Positions 13,176 to 26,722 are shown, counted from the stretch's first letter. The stretch: 64,000 nt of DNA from Takakia lepidozioides (GCA_030704615.1 CM060732.1:42842001-42906000), one strand, 5' to 3'. Numbers and translations are program-made. Notes: generated by a model from the sequence alone, not told the origin.

Positions 13176-13243
13176 GGAGGGTAGCGTAGTGGTAAGGGTC
13201 ACCATTGTCACGACCTCGCCGTGGGTTCAAATCTCACGGAGTC
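13176..13243 (+). repeat. tRNA-derived (SINE-like) Pol III head with A and B boxes
   Basis: A box TAGCGTAGTGG and B box GGTTCAAATC at tRNA-like spacing; no intact cloverleaf. Confidence 0.45.
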
Positions 13244-13689
13244 TTGAATTTTTTGAAAACATGTATATATCACAATGCAGATTTGAGCTCAAGACCACCT
13301 GCACACCACGACCACCTCCATACCACTAGGCTAGCCCACGATTCTTAAAATTAATGCAATGTTAAACAGAAACTAGGGCTTCGCGTTGCTCCGCACTACT
13401 AGCGACGAATTCTGAGAACTATGTTCAATTTTTCACAAAAAAAAGGGCTGGGTCATCCCCACGGTGGTACATGCAGAGATCCCGTGTTTTGTTTTTTTCT
13501 GGAAGAAAAATGGCGGATCTGCATTTCAACATTCAATTTTCACAAGCCGCATCAATCAATAACAACATACCCAAATACCCTTACATTCACTGTATGAACT
13601 TTCAAGCATCCACCATGATATTGGATTTTGGTGGGTTAAGGCTAGCTTTTGACAATATTCATGCAAGTTCATCAAGGGCTCCATCCCCA

Positions 13690-16600
13690 CAAGAACACAC
13701 CCCATTGTTTTTGAAGTGATGAAGGCAGATGGCATCCCTTGCAATAATTTCTCGTGCAACAATTTTGGATATCAACTTGGTGGCAGTGTGGCAGTCCCTA
13801 CATACACGTAGGTTTTTAATGATGCGGATAGGGGTCCCAGGGGGTGTGCTAATGAGCCCAAAAGCAATGGCCTCCTTAATCTGCCAAGTCAATCTAACAT
13901 AGATATCCTCTGCTCGTGGGTGAGATCTACCTCCAACGGCAAATGTATACACCCTGTTTTCCACCTCAATCCAAGTGTGGCCTGGTTCTTTTTTCACCTC
14001 TGGCGTCCATTGCTTTTCTCACTTTTGCTACATCAGCCCACCTACCAGCTGCAGCATAGATGTTTGAAAGCAGCACATACATTGCAGCATCTTGTGATAC
14101 CACCTTGAAAATACATTATGCAGCACACTCTGCTAACTCCACACTTCCATAAGATTCTACAGGCACCAAGCAAGCCCCCCCCCCCCCCCCACCCACTAAA
14201 GCACCTGGTTACCACCTTCATCTACAAGGCCCAAATGGTGGCTGCATGCAGAGAGAACACCAATAAATGTGCCCTCATTTGGCTTCACACCTTTCAATTG
14301 CATCAATTCAAACAGTTGGAGAGCCTCGTGATCACACCCATGCTGAGCATATCCTATAATCATCGCAGAGACCACATCTCGCTTAGGCATTCTGTCAAAC
14401 ACATTGAGTGCATCCCTCACACTCATGCACTTGCAATACATTCTGACAAGGGCAGTCCCGAGACCAACATCTGACTCAAATTCAGCTTTGACGATGCTGG
14501 CATGGAGCTGCTTGCCCCGTTCTAAAGCCTCCAGGCCAGCACAAGCGTTGAGGACATTAATAAAGGTGACAATATCTGCCTTCATGCCTTCTCTTTGCAT
14601 GCGCTGAAAGAGTTTAAAAGCCTCCTCACCATGATCATGCTGAGCAGATCCTGCAATCATAGCAGTCCATGAGACCCCATCTCACTTGGGCATTGTGTCA
14701 TACTCGGGTGGCATCCATCAAACTCTCACACATGTAATACATGCTGACAAGGGCAGTCCCCACATAGACATCCCCCTCAAGTCCATCCTCAATGCACGCA
14801 CATTTTGCATACATGTCTACCAGGGCAGTGTTGAGGATGACATCTGGTACAATTCCAGCTTTGACGATGTCACCATGGACCTCTTTCCCCTTTTCCAGAG
14901 CTCCCAGGCTTGCACACGCATTGCAAACAAAAACAAACGTTATGGGGTTGGGCTTCACCCCTTCGCACATCATTTGCTCATAGGTCTCCAAAGCCTCCAT
15001 CCCGTGCATACATGTCCACCAAGGCAGTGTTCAGGATGACATCTAGTACAATTCCAGCTGTGACGATGTCACCATGGACCTCTTTCCCCTTTTCCAGAGC
15101 TCCCAGGCTTGCACACGCATTTCAAACAAAAACAAACGTTATGGGGTTGGGCTTCACCCCTTCGCACATCATTTGCTCATAGGTCTCCAAAGCCTCCATC
15201 CCGTGCATACAATTCCAGCTTTGACGATGTCACCATGGATCGCTTTCCCCTTTTCCAGAGCTCCCAGGCTTGCACACGCATTGCAAGCAAAAACAAATGT
15301 TATGTGGTTGGGTTTCACCCCTTCGCACATCATTTGCTCATAGGTCTCCAAAGCCTCCATCCCGCCCCCTTGCTGCAATCATTGCACTCCACGACACCAC
15401 ATCTCGTTCAGCCATACTTTCGAGCACCCTTTGGATCCTTGATGCACGCACATTTGACATACATTTCCACCAGGGCAGTGTTCAGAATCACATCTGGTAA
15501 TCTGACAGGCATTCACTTTTTGCTTTGGTTGTCCCACCATTGACTGGGGTCAGAGAAGTATTCATTCCACAGCTTCTCCTCATCTCTGTTACCTGTTTTT
15601 GGATAGTTTCCTGTTGTCACATTGGCAGTATCATGTCAAAGTCACTGCAAACTAGATTCACTCAACCAGCTAACTTGCAGAATTCAACATGGAAATTTAG
15701 GGCCGATTCTGATTAGAGGGAAAAACAAGGCGAAATGTGTTGAAGAAGATGCCTTCATTAGCACTGCCTTCATGAAGCCTTAACCTCATGGGAACTCTGG
15801 AAATCTTCATATTTGAAAAATGGGGCACATTAGATGTATATTTTCACTAGAATGCAGAGCCTCGGGCACCTGACTATCAGTGGGAACAGTCGCTACAAAA
15901 CTACTAAGTTAATGCCCGCAGCAGTTGAACACCATACAAATTGAGCAACTTAGGATAATATGAGTGTGCACCTACTTTCCAGCTTCCAGTCTTGATGCAC
16001 TTAAGCAAGAGACAAACATACGCATCTCAATCTGCTGAAATGCCTCCTTGGGTTTAAAGTCTGTAAGCCTCTGTCAGTCGGCCTACTGACTATTGTCCAG
16101 AATCACATCTGGTACAATTCCAGCTTTGGCGATGCAACCATGCACCTCTTTGTCTTTTTCCAGGGCTGCCACCTGCTTGCACACGCACTGCAAACGCACA
16201 CAAACGTGATGTGGTCGGGCTTCACCCCTTCCCTCATCATTTGCTCAGAGGTCTCCAAAGCCTCCATCCCGCGCCTCTGATGTGCATACCCTGCAAGCAT
16301 CGTGTTCCACGACACCACATCTCGTTCAGCCATAGTGTTGAACACTCCTTTCGCATCCTCAATGCTCCCACATTTGGCATACATGTCCACCAGAGCATTG
16401 TTCAGTGTTCCCTGCTCCTTCAGCTCCCGCGCCCTTGCTGTGCATATCCTGCTATCATCGCACTCCATGACACCATATCTCGTTCAGCCATATTGTCAAA
16501 CACTCCCTTCATACATGTCCACGAGGGTATTGTTCAGAATGACATTTGGTACAATTGCAGCTCTGACAATGTCGCCACCTCTTTGCCCTTTTCCAGAGCT

Positions 16601-17852
16601 GCCAGGCTTGCATACGAATTTGCAAATGCACACAAACGTGATGTGGTTGGGCTTCACCCCTTCGCGCAGCATTTGCTCATAGGTCTCCAAAGCAATAATC
16701 CTACCACACCCATGCTTGCTAAATCCTCCCAACATTATATTCCACGTGATCAAAGATTGTTGAGGCATTCTGTTGAACACTTGGTGAGCATCCATGATGC
16801 TCCCGCAGTTAACATACATGTTTTGACAAAGGTGTTGAGTAGAAAAACATTTGGCGTGAATCCACTTTGGATAATGTGAGTGTGCACCTGCTTTCCAACT
16901 TCCAGACCTTCCATCTTGATGTACTTAAGCAAGAGACAGACATACATATCTGAATCTGCCGAAATGCCTCCTTGGTTTAGAGTCTGTAGAGCCTCTGTCA
17001 GTCTGCCTGCCGCACAAAGCATCTTCACATACCCAGAAGTGCCAGAAGAGGCATTGTGGACTCCCTCTCTTGATCCTCTTTCAGAAGTTGTGGTAATGGT
17101 TTAGGTGCCTGATTCTATGAACTATGCCGCTGCAGCTGCTGCCTTTAGTTGACCATCTACCCATGCAGGTTTATTGTAGCTATTGATCCATATGGAATCA
17201 TAGGTCATCTGGAGCTTGAAGTTCGTCCCTCTTGGATGAATCTGTCCACCCACACACTATCCCTGCTCCTTCAGCTATCCATGCCTATGCACATCATTGC
17301 CTTGTTGCTATCAGCTGACAATGACAGCCTAGATCTGTTCTAGGAAACACCCAACTCAACTTATCACACTAGTTCCTATGCTCAATTGCATCTGCTACTC
17401 TCTCCAACAAGCATTCACCTTTTTGCCTCGATTGTCCCACCATTGACTGGGGTCAGAAAAGTATTCATTCCACAGCTTCTCCTCGTCTACGTTACCTGTT
17501 TTTGGATACTTCCCTATTGTCACATTGGCAGTATCATGTCAAAGTCACTCCAAACTATCAAAGGTTCACTCAACCAACTAACTTGCAGAATTCAACATGA
17601 AAATTTAGGGCCGATTCTGATAAGAGGGAAAACAGGGTGAAATGTGTTGAAGAAGGTGCCTTCATTAGCAGCACCTGAATTTATCAATTGTGCTGCTGCT
17701 GTTGCGGCTTCCAGTTGACCATCTACCCATGCAGGTTTCTTGTACCTATCCTTCCACAGGGAATCATAGGTAATCTGCTGTCGTATACCCATCACAGGTC
17801 CAATCCAAACAGCAGCCCTAACAGCCACTTTTGGCAAGACCAGACATTTCAA
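13690..17852 (-). pseudogene. PLS-class PPR-E-DYW organellar RNA-editing factor pseudogene with internal tandem duplications
   Basis: Many P/L/S motifs (e.g. NALVDMYAKCGSIEDAKGVFNTMAERDVVSWNTMLAGY, PDHITFVCV), a PG box ([11 protein letters not shown]), SHP, and [11 protein letters not shown]...[12 protein letters not shown]. There are multiple frameshifts, and the HSE segment is deleted. Confidence 0.9.
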
Positions 17853-19355
17853 AGACTGCCCTACATAATAAGCTTACACATATACCACTTTTAGCAGCTC
17901 AATGAGAATCCTGTCAGCTTTGGAAGAACACAGAAGAAAAAGGAGCGAGAATAACCTCGGCAGGGGTCTGCTCAGCGTGAAGGCGTGTGCCATCGAAAAT
18001 GAAGGCAATAGAGCTGGGATCAACTGACCGACGGTCGAAGTATGCATGCATCAGCTTTCAAAGTGTGGTTGTGGTCTTAATCCTGAAAAAAACCTCCCCG
18101 CCATCCTACACATTGCAACATCTCCGGCCATCCGTTACTCAAGAATTACAATAAGACTACATTTGGAGTGGATGGATTACAAAGTTCAGTTATTAGTCAT
18201 AAGGTATACAATAGGTGGTTCTATCATTTACCTGAATGGTGAGGTGTCTTTCCTTGCCTGCAAGATCCCGTGCATGCATTTCCTTAACGATCTGCATCTG
18301 TATCCACACCCTCACTTGGTAGCTTAGACTCTCAAATTCTCTCCCTGCTTCATCAAACTGAAGAGACGTCTATGTTACATATAAAGCTAGAGCAAACACA
18401 GTCTAAAGTGTACATTAACTGTGTGCATGAAAATTAGTGTGTGACTTGTGGTTCACAATATCACTGGGTAATTCTTGATGAGGGTGTTCTCAAGGCACCC
18501 CTATCATCAAAGTGTGGCTGTTCATAGGTAATCTGGCTAAAGTTTGATATCCAACGCAATGGAGGCATAGTAACTAAACTCCATAGAGGCCGACATGGAG
18601 CCATCAAGCTTCACAAGAGAAGGGAATGCAGTCCACGGTCATGGACGACCCATAATATAACTCCCTTCACTCGAAAGACAATCTAAAGATTTTAGGGCAG
18701 AGAGGTGCTGCTACAAACATCTGAACAAACAAAGCAAACCCCACTAGACTAAGAAGAGAACCGAAAAGAGTTTGCACCAATATCAAGCAGCATGAGAATC
18801 GTTTACGCGAATTCATAAGTTTTGATTTACTGTCACGAGACCTTGCAATGTTGAAGTGCACATAAAGAAGGTAGTCTTGTAAAAGAACATCTACGACAAA
18901 ACATGAAGTCGCTCTACTTAACATCACGACGCTACGTCTCAGTGAAAACCTTACCAGGATAGATTTGGTCCAACTCAGGGCCATTCGCCCGAGCTCCGTT
19001 CTGCGCATCCAGGCTGTCCTCCGTCCGGGGCCGCTTCCCCTCGGTACCGACTAGCCGAGCCGCAATCTGCTCCACTCTCTGCTTTGCAAGCTCCACACTC
19101 GATCCCTACTCCTTCAAGCTATCCATGCATGTGCTTGCAAGGTGAACGATGGCAGAAAACGCAGAGCTCCTGCAGTTCAAGAAGATCATGATCCGGGCAT
19201 TGCGGGCAGTTCCAAAAACGTTGGCGCGGCGATTGCCGTCCGGGCAGATTCCAAAGAAATTGACGACGACGATGACCTGGCTACGATGATGTGTCTACGA
19301 TGACGTGGCGATGCTGATGTGGCACTATGGCACCCTATTCCTGCTCTACGCTAAA

Positions 19356-19830
19356 CTAGCTTTCGACCTTCGGTCGTCGCTAGAATATACAAGAAAGACA
19401 ATTTGTTTTGTTTTGTATCATTGTTGAGATCTCCCAAACTGCGGGGCCCCAGCCCTGGTGTTTGGTACCATTGGAAAGCCCTCGATGAGGAGGGGTGCAC
19501 CGGCTTGCTCTCATAATTTTGGAACTTGTGGTGTGGGAGATACGAAATTTCAAGTACTTTTTGTAGTTGGAAACTCGCGAAAAATAGCAAAATGGGCTTT
19601 CTTGCAACAATTACCGGCCTTTCATTTGTCCTTTGTACACGGGGACATAAGTGTAAATACTTGGGTTTTTTCTTTCAAATATGGCATGAACACAATATTG
19701 TTTGTAGGGTCCTTAAGATCTTCCAAACCGCGGGGCTTCTAGCCACGATTTTGGTACCGTTGGAAAGCCCTCAATGAGTAGGGATACACCGACTTGGTTT
19801 CATAAAATTTGGACCTACAGGCCGAGGTCT
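19356..19830 (-). repeat. Interspersed repeat (TTGGAAAGCCCTC...GGGGTGCAC units) with a Helitron-like 3' end
   Basis: Two related units here and a third at about 32595-32770. The minus-strand end reads CGACCGAAGGTCG (hairpin) AAAG CTAG|T. Confidence 0.5.
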
Positions 19831-20771
19831 GTTTTTAAATGAATAGACTTGATATAATAAAAGAAATACATATACATATTTAAGGGTATTTTTTAATGAT
19901 TGAAAAGGAAAATATACATACAGCAGGGGGTATTTTTTTTAAATTACAAATTTCTATATATTTACAGGAGGGGGTTTTATAATCTTCAAAATGTATGTAC
20001 AGAGGGGGTATAAATGATCCAAGGACCCGTATACAGGGGGGTTTTTTATTAGGCGGCGAACGTACGTGATACGGACATTTTATAAAGAGTGCACCCCCCA
20101 GGCTTCGGGATGGTCAGGGTTGGTTAGGTAGGGGTTAGCCGGGGGGGTGATTGATATGAGGGGCTATGGGGGAGGTACTAGGGTTGGGTTGTTACGGTAT
20201 TGGGTTGTAGAAAGCAGTGGGCAGTGTGGTGGTTAAGAGCAATGAATAACAACATGAGGTTTGGTGTTCAATTTTTGTCAGGTGGTAATGGGTCGTGGTA
20301 ATGTGTGCAGACCTTCCAACATACTCGCCGAGTGGACTAGACTGCAGAGTGGACCCTCTCCAGTCCGGTGGACCCTCCAGCAGCCTCTCTAGAACAGACT
20401 AGACTATTCGAGACTATTCAATAGACCGTCGGGCGGACCCGGTGGATGGTCGCTGGGCTTATGAGCTTACCCATGGGCCATACTGGCGGGGCCCATAGGC
20501 GCATTGAAGACGCTATTACCTTAAAATGAGAGCCATGTGTCGAATGTGTTGGTGTCTTGTAATTGAGAACTTAGATTAGTGCACTGAGTGCCACCCATAT
20601 GATTATGGGGTTAACTCCTGCTACTTGACAGGTGTGGTATACTCTTCTCTCCCTTCCCTTAGGCGGTGTCCCAATTCTGCGCCTTCATGGGGAGGTTACT
20701 GTGAAAGAGGTTATTTTCTCCTCTCACTATTGTTAAGGGGCCTGATTTGTGAGCTGTCGCTCCCAGGTGTT

Positions 20772-21910
20772 TGTCGAGCGGCTTTTACTCACCCATCCCT
20801 TTGCTATCCAAGGTGGAAACTCCAAGATAGAAGAGTTGGATATCTCTAAGCACTCAGCCCGCTCAGAACAATCAGTCATGACCTACAGCTAGTGAATCAT
20901 GGTTGTGTTTCCTATTTGTATTCCTTCTTGCCTTTATGTTATCAATTTACCTTACCGTGTATACTAAAGCATCAGATTGCTTCAGTATCTACTAAGTTCC
21001 AATTAATCATGCACAGCTTCTCTCATGTCTCTCTACACAGTATGTTTGTATCGATTCAGTATCAGATCAAGATTAATCATGTATCATGTCTATGCCATGG
21101 CGTCCCTAATCTACCATACTGTATAATTTTACAGCTTACATGAATTAAGCCTCAATCAAGTCATCATCTCCTCTTCACTGTTTCCGCCGCTACGTCTCCT
21201 CTCTCTCCTCACAAGTCGCCCTCCTCCAAGTGATCCTCTTCCTGTTACCCCCCCTGCCTAATCTACCCGCAAGCTGTTCTAACCACCTAACTAACTAACC
21301 GTCACCCCTGAAGTAACACGTTCCCTCTGCAGATGTCGTTCCCACACAGTCGTTCCCTGTCAATGATAACTGTTCCCCATGTACACTGTGACATGCTGTG
21401 TCAACTGTGCCGATTGACTGGCTGTGTAAAGCTGTGTCGGGCTGTGACTGGCTGTGCAAAGCTGTGTCGGGCTGTGTCAGACTCTGTCTAGCTGTGATAG
21501 ACTGTGACGGGTTGTGTAAAGCTGTGTCGGGCTGCGATTGGCTGTGCAAAGCTGTGTCGGCTGTGTCTGGCTGTGATAGACTGTGACGGGCTGTGTAAAG
21601 CTGTGTCGGACTGTGACTGGCTGTGCGAAGCTGTGTCGTTTGTGTCAGCCTGTGTCTGGCTGTGATAGACTGTGACAGGCTGTGTAAAGCTGTGTCGGGC
21701 TGTGACTGGCTGTGCGAAGCTGTGTCGGGCTGTGTCAGACTGTGTCTGGCTGTGATAGACTGTCACAAGCTGTCTACCCCCCCTAAAGCCTGCGCCTGCC
21801 ACCCCTAAGGCTCCTGTTGGTCTCAGTCTACCATTCATAAGTCTGCGTAAAAATTAAGGGTACCCCACAGAACCCGTAAAAGCGTCTAAGTCCCAAGCAG
21901 CCCTCTAACA
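20772..21910 (-). repeat. 3' LTR, containing a 10-bp-period minisatellite (GCTGTGTCGG/GCTGTGACTG/GCTGTGATAG variants)
   Basis: Direct repeat of 31400-32407, longer mainly because it has more minisatellite units. Confidence 0.95.
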
Positions 21911-21948
21911 TTACCCCTGCCCCTCTCAAAAAGCCGTGTCATCACGGT

Positions 21949-24900
21949 TTACTGTTTGGGATTAGCAAACCTTTGTGAGCGAGCACCCTTCTGTCGGTGA
22001 GAGTCTCGTGAAGGACTCCGTGTGCGAGCCCGAGTCATGTCACTGGCTGATGGAGGCAATTGAGCACTACCTGGAAATGTCTGACCCTCCTTTGGCTGAT
22101 AACGAGGTAACCTCTCAGGCATAGGAGATCCCCATCGTTTCTTCTCTACCATCTGAAGTGCATAGTCATCTGCCGTGCCAAAAGAGTCCTCTGAAGAACC
22201 AGTAGTATCAGAATCCTCGTCCCCCCTTAGGTGTTTTAACGGCCGAACTTTAAGTGGCTTCTCGGGAATCCTGCGTGGCATACAATGTGGGCCCACCATG
22301 TCTCGAAGTTTAAACTGTACGACTTGCTGTAAGCGCTTGCAAGCAAAATTAGTGAACGCCCTGAACTCCTTAGCCGTATAGGTGAGAGGTGTGCCAATGA
22401 CTTTGGAACAATGTAAGTATTTCCAGGCTTCATGTCCCTTAAAGAAAATATCATCAGGGCCAAATTTCTTTGTTGCCAAATTGTTCCAAGCCGAATTAAA
22501 CCATGAACGAAGTTGGGAATCCTTCTGCATCATAACTTTTGCATCATACAGGTACATATGAGGTGGCACTGAAGGTAAGACCCAATGATCCCCACTGGAA
22601 TAACTCAGAAATCGTGATTGCATCTTCTGCTGCTCAATGTGATAACGTGCCATAAAACAAGCAGCATAGTATAATCCACAGCCCATGACAATACTAGATA
22701 CCTCTTTGGTCTTGGTATAGATGTATCCATGTACAACCTGGAAGGCAATTAATTCCTTCAACATGGTACCTGTCTCAGACCAGTACCTTGCAAAGTGATG
22801 ATCCTCAATGGGTCGATTGTTTGGAAGAATCTTAGTCCGAGTTGCCACTGACAACCAAATGCGCATGATCTGGTAGTAATGTGCCAACGACTGCGGAGGA
22901 CTAAATTCCTTCCAAGCCAAATCTAGCACAATGGGAATTTGGTTGAAGGGCATAATCATAGCCCGATTGTACTCCCGTGCAGCAGGAGTCCTAGGTGGGT
23001 TAAAAGCAGCATCCCCCCATACCTCAGGCTGTGGTTTTGCTGTAGTAGCAACAGGGTCAGCTACCTGCACAGGCACCTGCTGTGGTATTAGTACCACTGG
23101 CCCTTCCACCACTGGCATCTCCTGCACCCCCTGCGAAGAAGACTGAAAAATTAGAGTCCTGGCATGTAAATAAGTAGCCATCAGCTGCTCCTCAGGAACA
23201 AAGACTCTCTTGTCAATATTTGAACTCAGGTCATCCACTTGAGTCTGCAGGCCTTCCACATCCTCTTGTAGCTCCGCTACTCTACTATAGACATTGTCTA
23301 TAGTAGTTGTGGCAATGTTCTGCACCTGCAATCTGAGCTCATTCATCTCGCCCTGGGTGAGCTTCCTTAGTGCTTTGCCTTCTACCGGCCCTTGTGCTAA
23401 CCATACCTGCATAAGGTGGTTATCCACCAAGTCCTGTGTGGCACCCCTGAGAGTCTGCTCCTCCGTGAGACTGCACACATCTAACTGCTGCTGTAAAGCC
23501 TCCATGCGCTTTGCATGAGGTTCAACCAGGCCCGCATAGGCAGCAGCCAGATTATTGGCTTCCTTCCAAGCCTTGTTAGCCACGGAGAGTTCATTTCTAT
23601 TGACCATGACTATTTGTTGCAACTCCAGGATGTACCTCTCCTGGTCAGCCTCAACCTGTCTGTACTGTTGGAAAGTATTCTCATTGCGACAGATTGTAGC
23701 CTGCAAATCAACAATGAGTTTCTCTTGCTCTATTATCTCAGCTTCTGCCATCATACATCTCTCCCCTTGTCTGTTAACTTCTAATGCAGTTTGCTCTAGA
23801 GCAGTTGTTAGTGTAGCACATTGTATGGTCATCCTCTGATGTACTGCCTCCAACTCTGTATGCAGTACGTTCACTTCTTGGAACTTGCCCTCATGCTTCA
23901 CCTGCAATTGGTATACCTGTTGCTTATATGCTTCATGCAACTGGTCTTGCTCGAGTCCTGCTTCAATCAAATGTCCCTTAGCCAACTGCAAGACAACCTT
24001 TGTGTCCTCCAACTCTTGCTGTAACTTGAGATTGATCTCCTCATCTACCTTGTTAGCACACTCGATGGCAATTTGAGTCTCAAACTCCTTCCTGAGTTCC
24101 TCCCTCAAAGCTGCCAATTGGGTAGATGGAACATGGGATTTCACATAAGTGCCCAACAAATTGAGTGTCCTGCTTATGGAACTCATAAGCATAGCCTGAT
24201 GGGGGTCATCATGGTGAACTTGCTGCTGTTCTCCCTGATTCTCCATAGTGTGATGCTTCACCAACCATTCAGGCCATTGCCCCACCAGATCTTCTTCCTG
24301 AACCACCTCATCCTCCACAGGTGCTGTAGTGTCCTTATATTCTACCCCTGGTACCTCCGTCACAGGTGTGGGTATTACATGCACAGCAGGGATTTCCCTG
24401 GACAGACTCTGCACCTCTGGTACCACTGATTCCCTGACCAAGCCAGAGTTTTCATAGAGAAGGTCACCCTTCTCAATTTCTGCCACGACCTGCTCTGTAG
24501 TGGGAATGTCCAACCCTTCTCTTTCAAGAGCAATAGGCTCTCATGGAACAGCATATACTAACTGAGGTACCTCTGAGACAACCGATTCAATTGGCTGTGA
24601 TGGCTGTGGTACCGAAGTGACTTTTTCTTCCCTCTCCAAAGGTCGTGTTTTTAGTAATAATAGCCCTCTGTGCGGTTGTGCCCCATCCTGCACAAGAGCT
24701 TGGGAAACATCATCTTGCGGCTTTCTTGAAGCCAGTGGATGAGCCACTACAGTCATACCCCTCTTCTGTCTCTTAGACTAGTGTTGCTCTGCCAGTCCAC
24801 CCTCACTATGTGAAGAACCCTGCTCCTCCATTGCAGTGGTTGCTGCCTCAAACACTCCCATCTCCTTACGTTCTCGCGCATCAAGTATGCAAGAGTCAAG

Positions 24901-25506
24901 AATAATCTGAGCAATGACTGGGCCAGACACAATGATCGGAGACTTAGCAGCAGTGCCCTGTAACCTCTTCATCTCTTCCACAAGACCATTGTACATTAAC
25001 TCTGCCCAAGCTACATCCTCTCCTCGCAAGGCTTTCAGTATCTCCTCTGTGAATGACCTGCTCAAATACTGTTGGTTCTGTTTCATGGCAAACAGAATGT
25101 TCAGTATTTGGCCAACATCTCTGAGCCCAGAGTACTCGGCTTTGGTGCAAGCATAACCTTGAGTCTTAAAGAAACTCCCTTCTTGGAACAAATTCCCTAT
25201 CTGCAATCTCTCATCCACATCCACATGACCCGATGGCAATTCGAACAATTGCTGCAGGTACTGTGGAGTAATTTCTATATCTACTCCCCTCACCTGGGTT
25301 ACTCCTGTCCTAGGCTCAAAGTTCTGAAGAAATTGAAGCATAAACTGCCGATAATGCAAGGACCAGTCCTTGCGTAGCAACCCCTCCAATCGCAACTCCC
25401 TCAACAGTTGCACTGCCTGCGGTGTAGCAATTGTTTGCTTCTGCAGTATCATGGTGCTCTTCACCCTGATATCCTCCATTCCCCTCACTCTCTTCATTCT
25501 AGACAA
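21949..25506 (-). CDS. Large 3' accessory ORF of the LTR element (~1185 codons, two in-frame stops; 854-aa part open, coiled-coil rich)
   Basis: ORFs 24778..25506, 24541..24756 and 21949..24513 share one frame. The N-terminus resembles plant retrotransposon accessory domains (FLQNFE...VRGVDIEITPQYLQQLFELP). A long heptad-rich Q/E/L region follows. Confidence 0.8.
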
Positions 25507-25884
25507 ACAAAAATGCCTTGTTTGAAACAGCTAAAAAAAAGCTTGCAGGGCACAGAGCATAAAGGTATGGTTGGCACAGAATGGAACAGGTAAGAGCGTG
25601 TAAGCCTGTGGGGCTTGCAAGTATCGAGTGAGAGAGAATGTACTCTCAATTCGTTCGTCCTTGCGCCTCTGCGTGAGTAGTAAAATGAGCGTGTAATCCG
25701 TTATATCCGCCATAGCTACAAAGCTATAGCTTTGATCTCCCGTCGAGACACGGGCTATTCGGAGCCACCCCGACTCTTCCGCTCATAGCTCTTCCGATTT
25801 CTTGTTCTTGTTTCTTGGAGGGAACCACCTGCATGAAATTCTCGCTCCTGATTGGCTGTTGCCTGCATAGGTAACTTTTTAATT

Positions 25885-26720
25885 CTACAATTCCCACCTG
25901 GAATGTCCAGTAGGACAGCATATGTGGTAAAAATCCCTCTTTTTTGTACTCGGAAAGGGTTCCGTTACCCCTGCCCCGAAAGCATTAATGGGCCCACAAA
26001 TAGTTTTGGCTGATGTACCGAGTAGGTACTTTGACGGCCTGATTTGTTCTCTTGCATGATGATACCCACTTCTACAATTTATGCACAGCGGTGTGCTTCG
26101 CCCTAGTGACCACGTGTTCGTTTTTAGACATGCCTCCGACTTCCCCTGTTTGCGTGGCACATTCTCCGAGTTTGACTTCCAAACTTCTCTTTCACTTGAC
26201 GGCCACTTTTCTGACGTTAACCCGCGTCCACCTGTCACTGACCCTATGGACTGTGTAACCCGCATGGGTTGTGTTGGGCTGTGACATGCCGTGTCTAACT
26301 GTGGTGGACTGTGATAGGTTGTGTGACACCGTGATGGGCTGTGATAGGCTGTGTGATGCTGTGGTGGGCTGTGATAACTGTGCGAACACCCATGTTCTCC
26401 GCTCAGGCCATACACATTCGGTTTTACGACAAGTGCTTCATGCTCCGTTGGTATTACCGGTGCAGCCCGTGACTGTGTCTGTGTTTCAATATGCAAATCG
26501 TGTTGCAATGGTTTGTCGTGGATACCACTGTATCCTTTCAACTTATTGGCATTGACTCTTCCCAACATCTCTTTGTTAATGGTTTGTAACATGGCGGTGT
26601 TGTTATCATACATCTTCTGTATGACATAAGGTCCTTTCCATGGTGATTTAAGCTTAGAAGCCTTAATCTTCCCCTTCTTCTGCAACCACAGAACCAAATC
26701 ACCCGTCTTAAAAGTTTTCA
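25885..26720 (-). pseudogene. Integrase C-terminal (GPY/SH3-like) remnant
   Basis: KLKSPWKGPYVIQKMYDNNTAML...RVNANKLK, joined directly to a truncated RT thumb at about 26723. RNase H and the IN core are missing. Confidence 0.8.
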
Positions 26721-26722
26721 GT

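Noticed and set aside
13176-13243. Functional tRNA gene
   Set aside because: The A/B boxes are present, but there is no convincing acceptor or anticodon stem.
9240-13401. Helitron spanning TCTATA... to ...CTACTAG around the LINE
   Set aside because: The hairpin is weak, the CTAG is not followed by T, and there is no Rep/helicase evidence.
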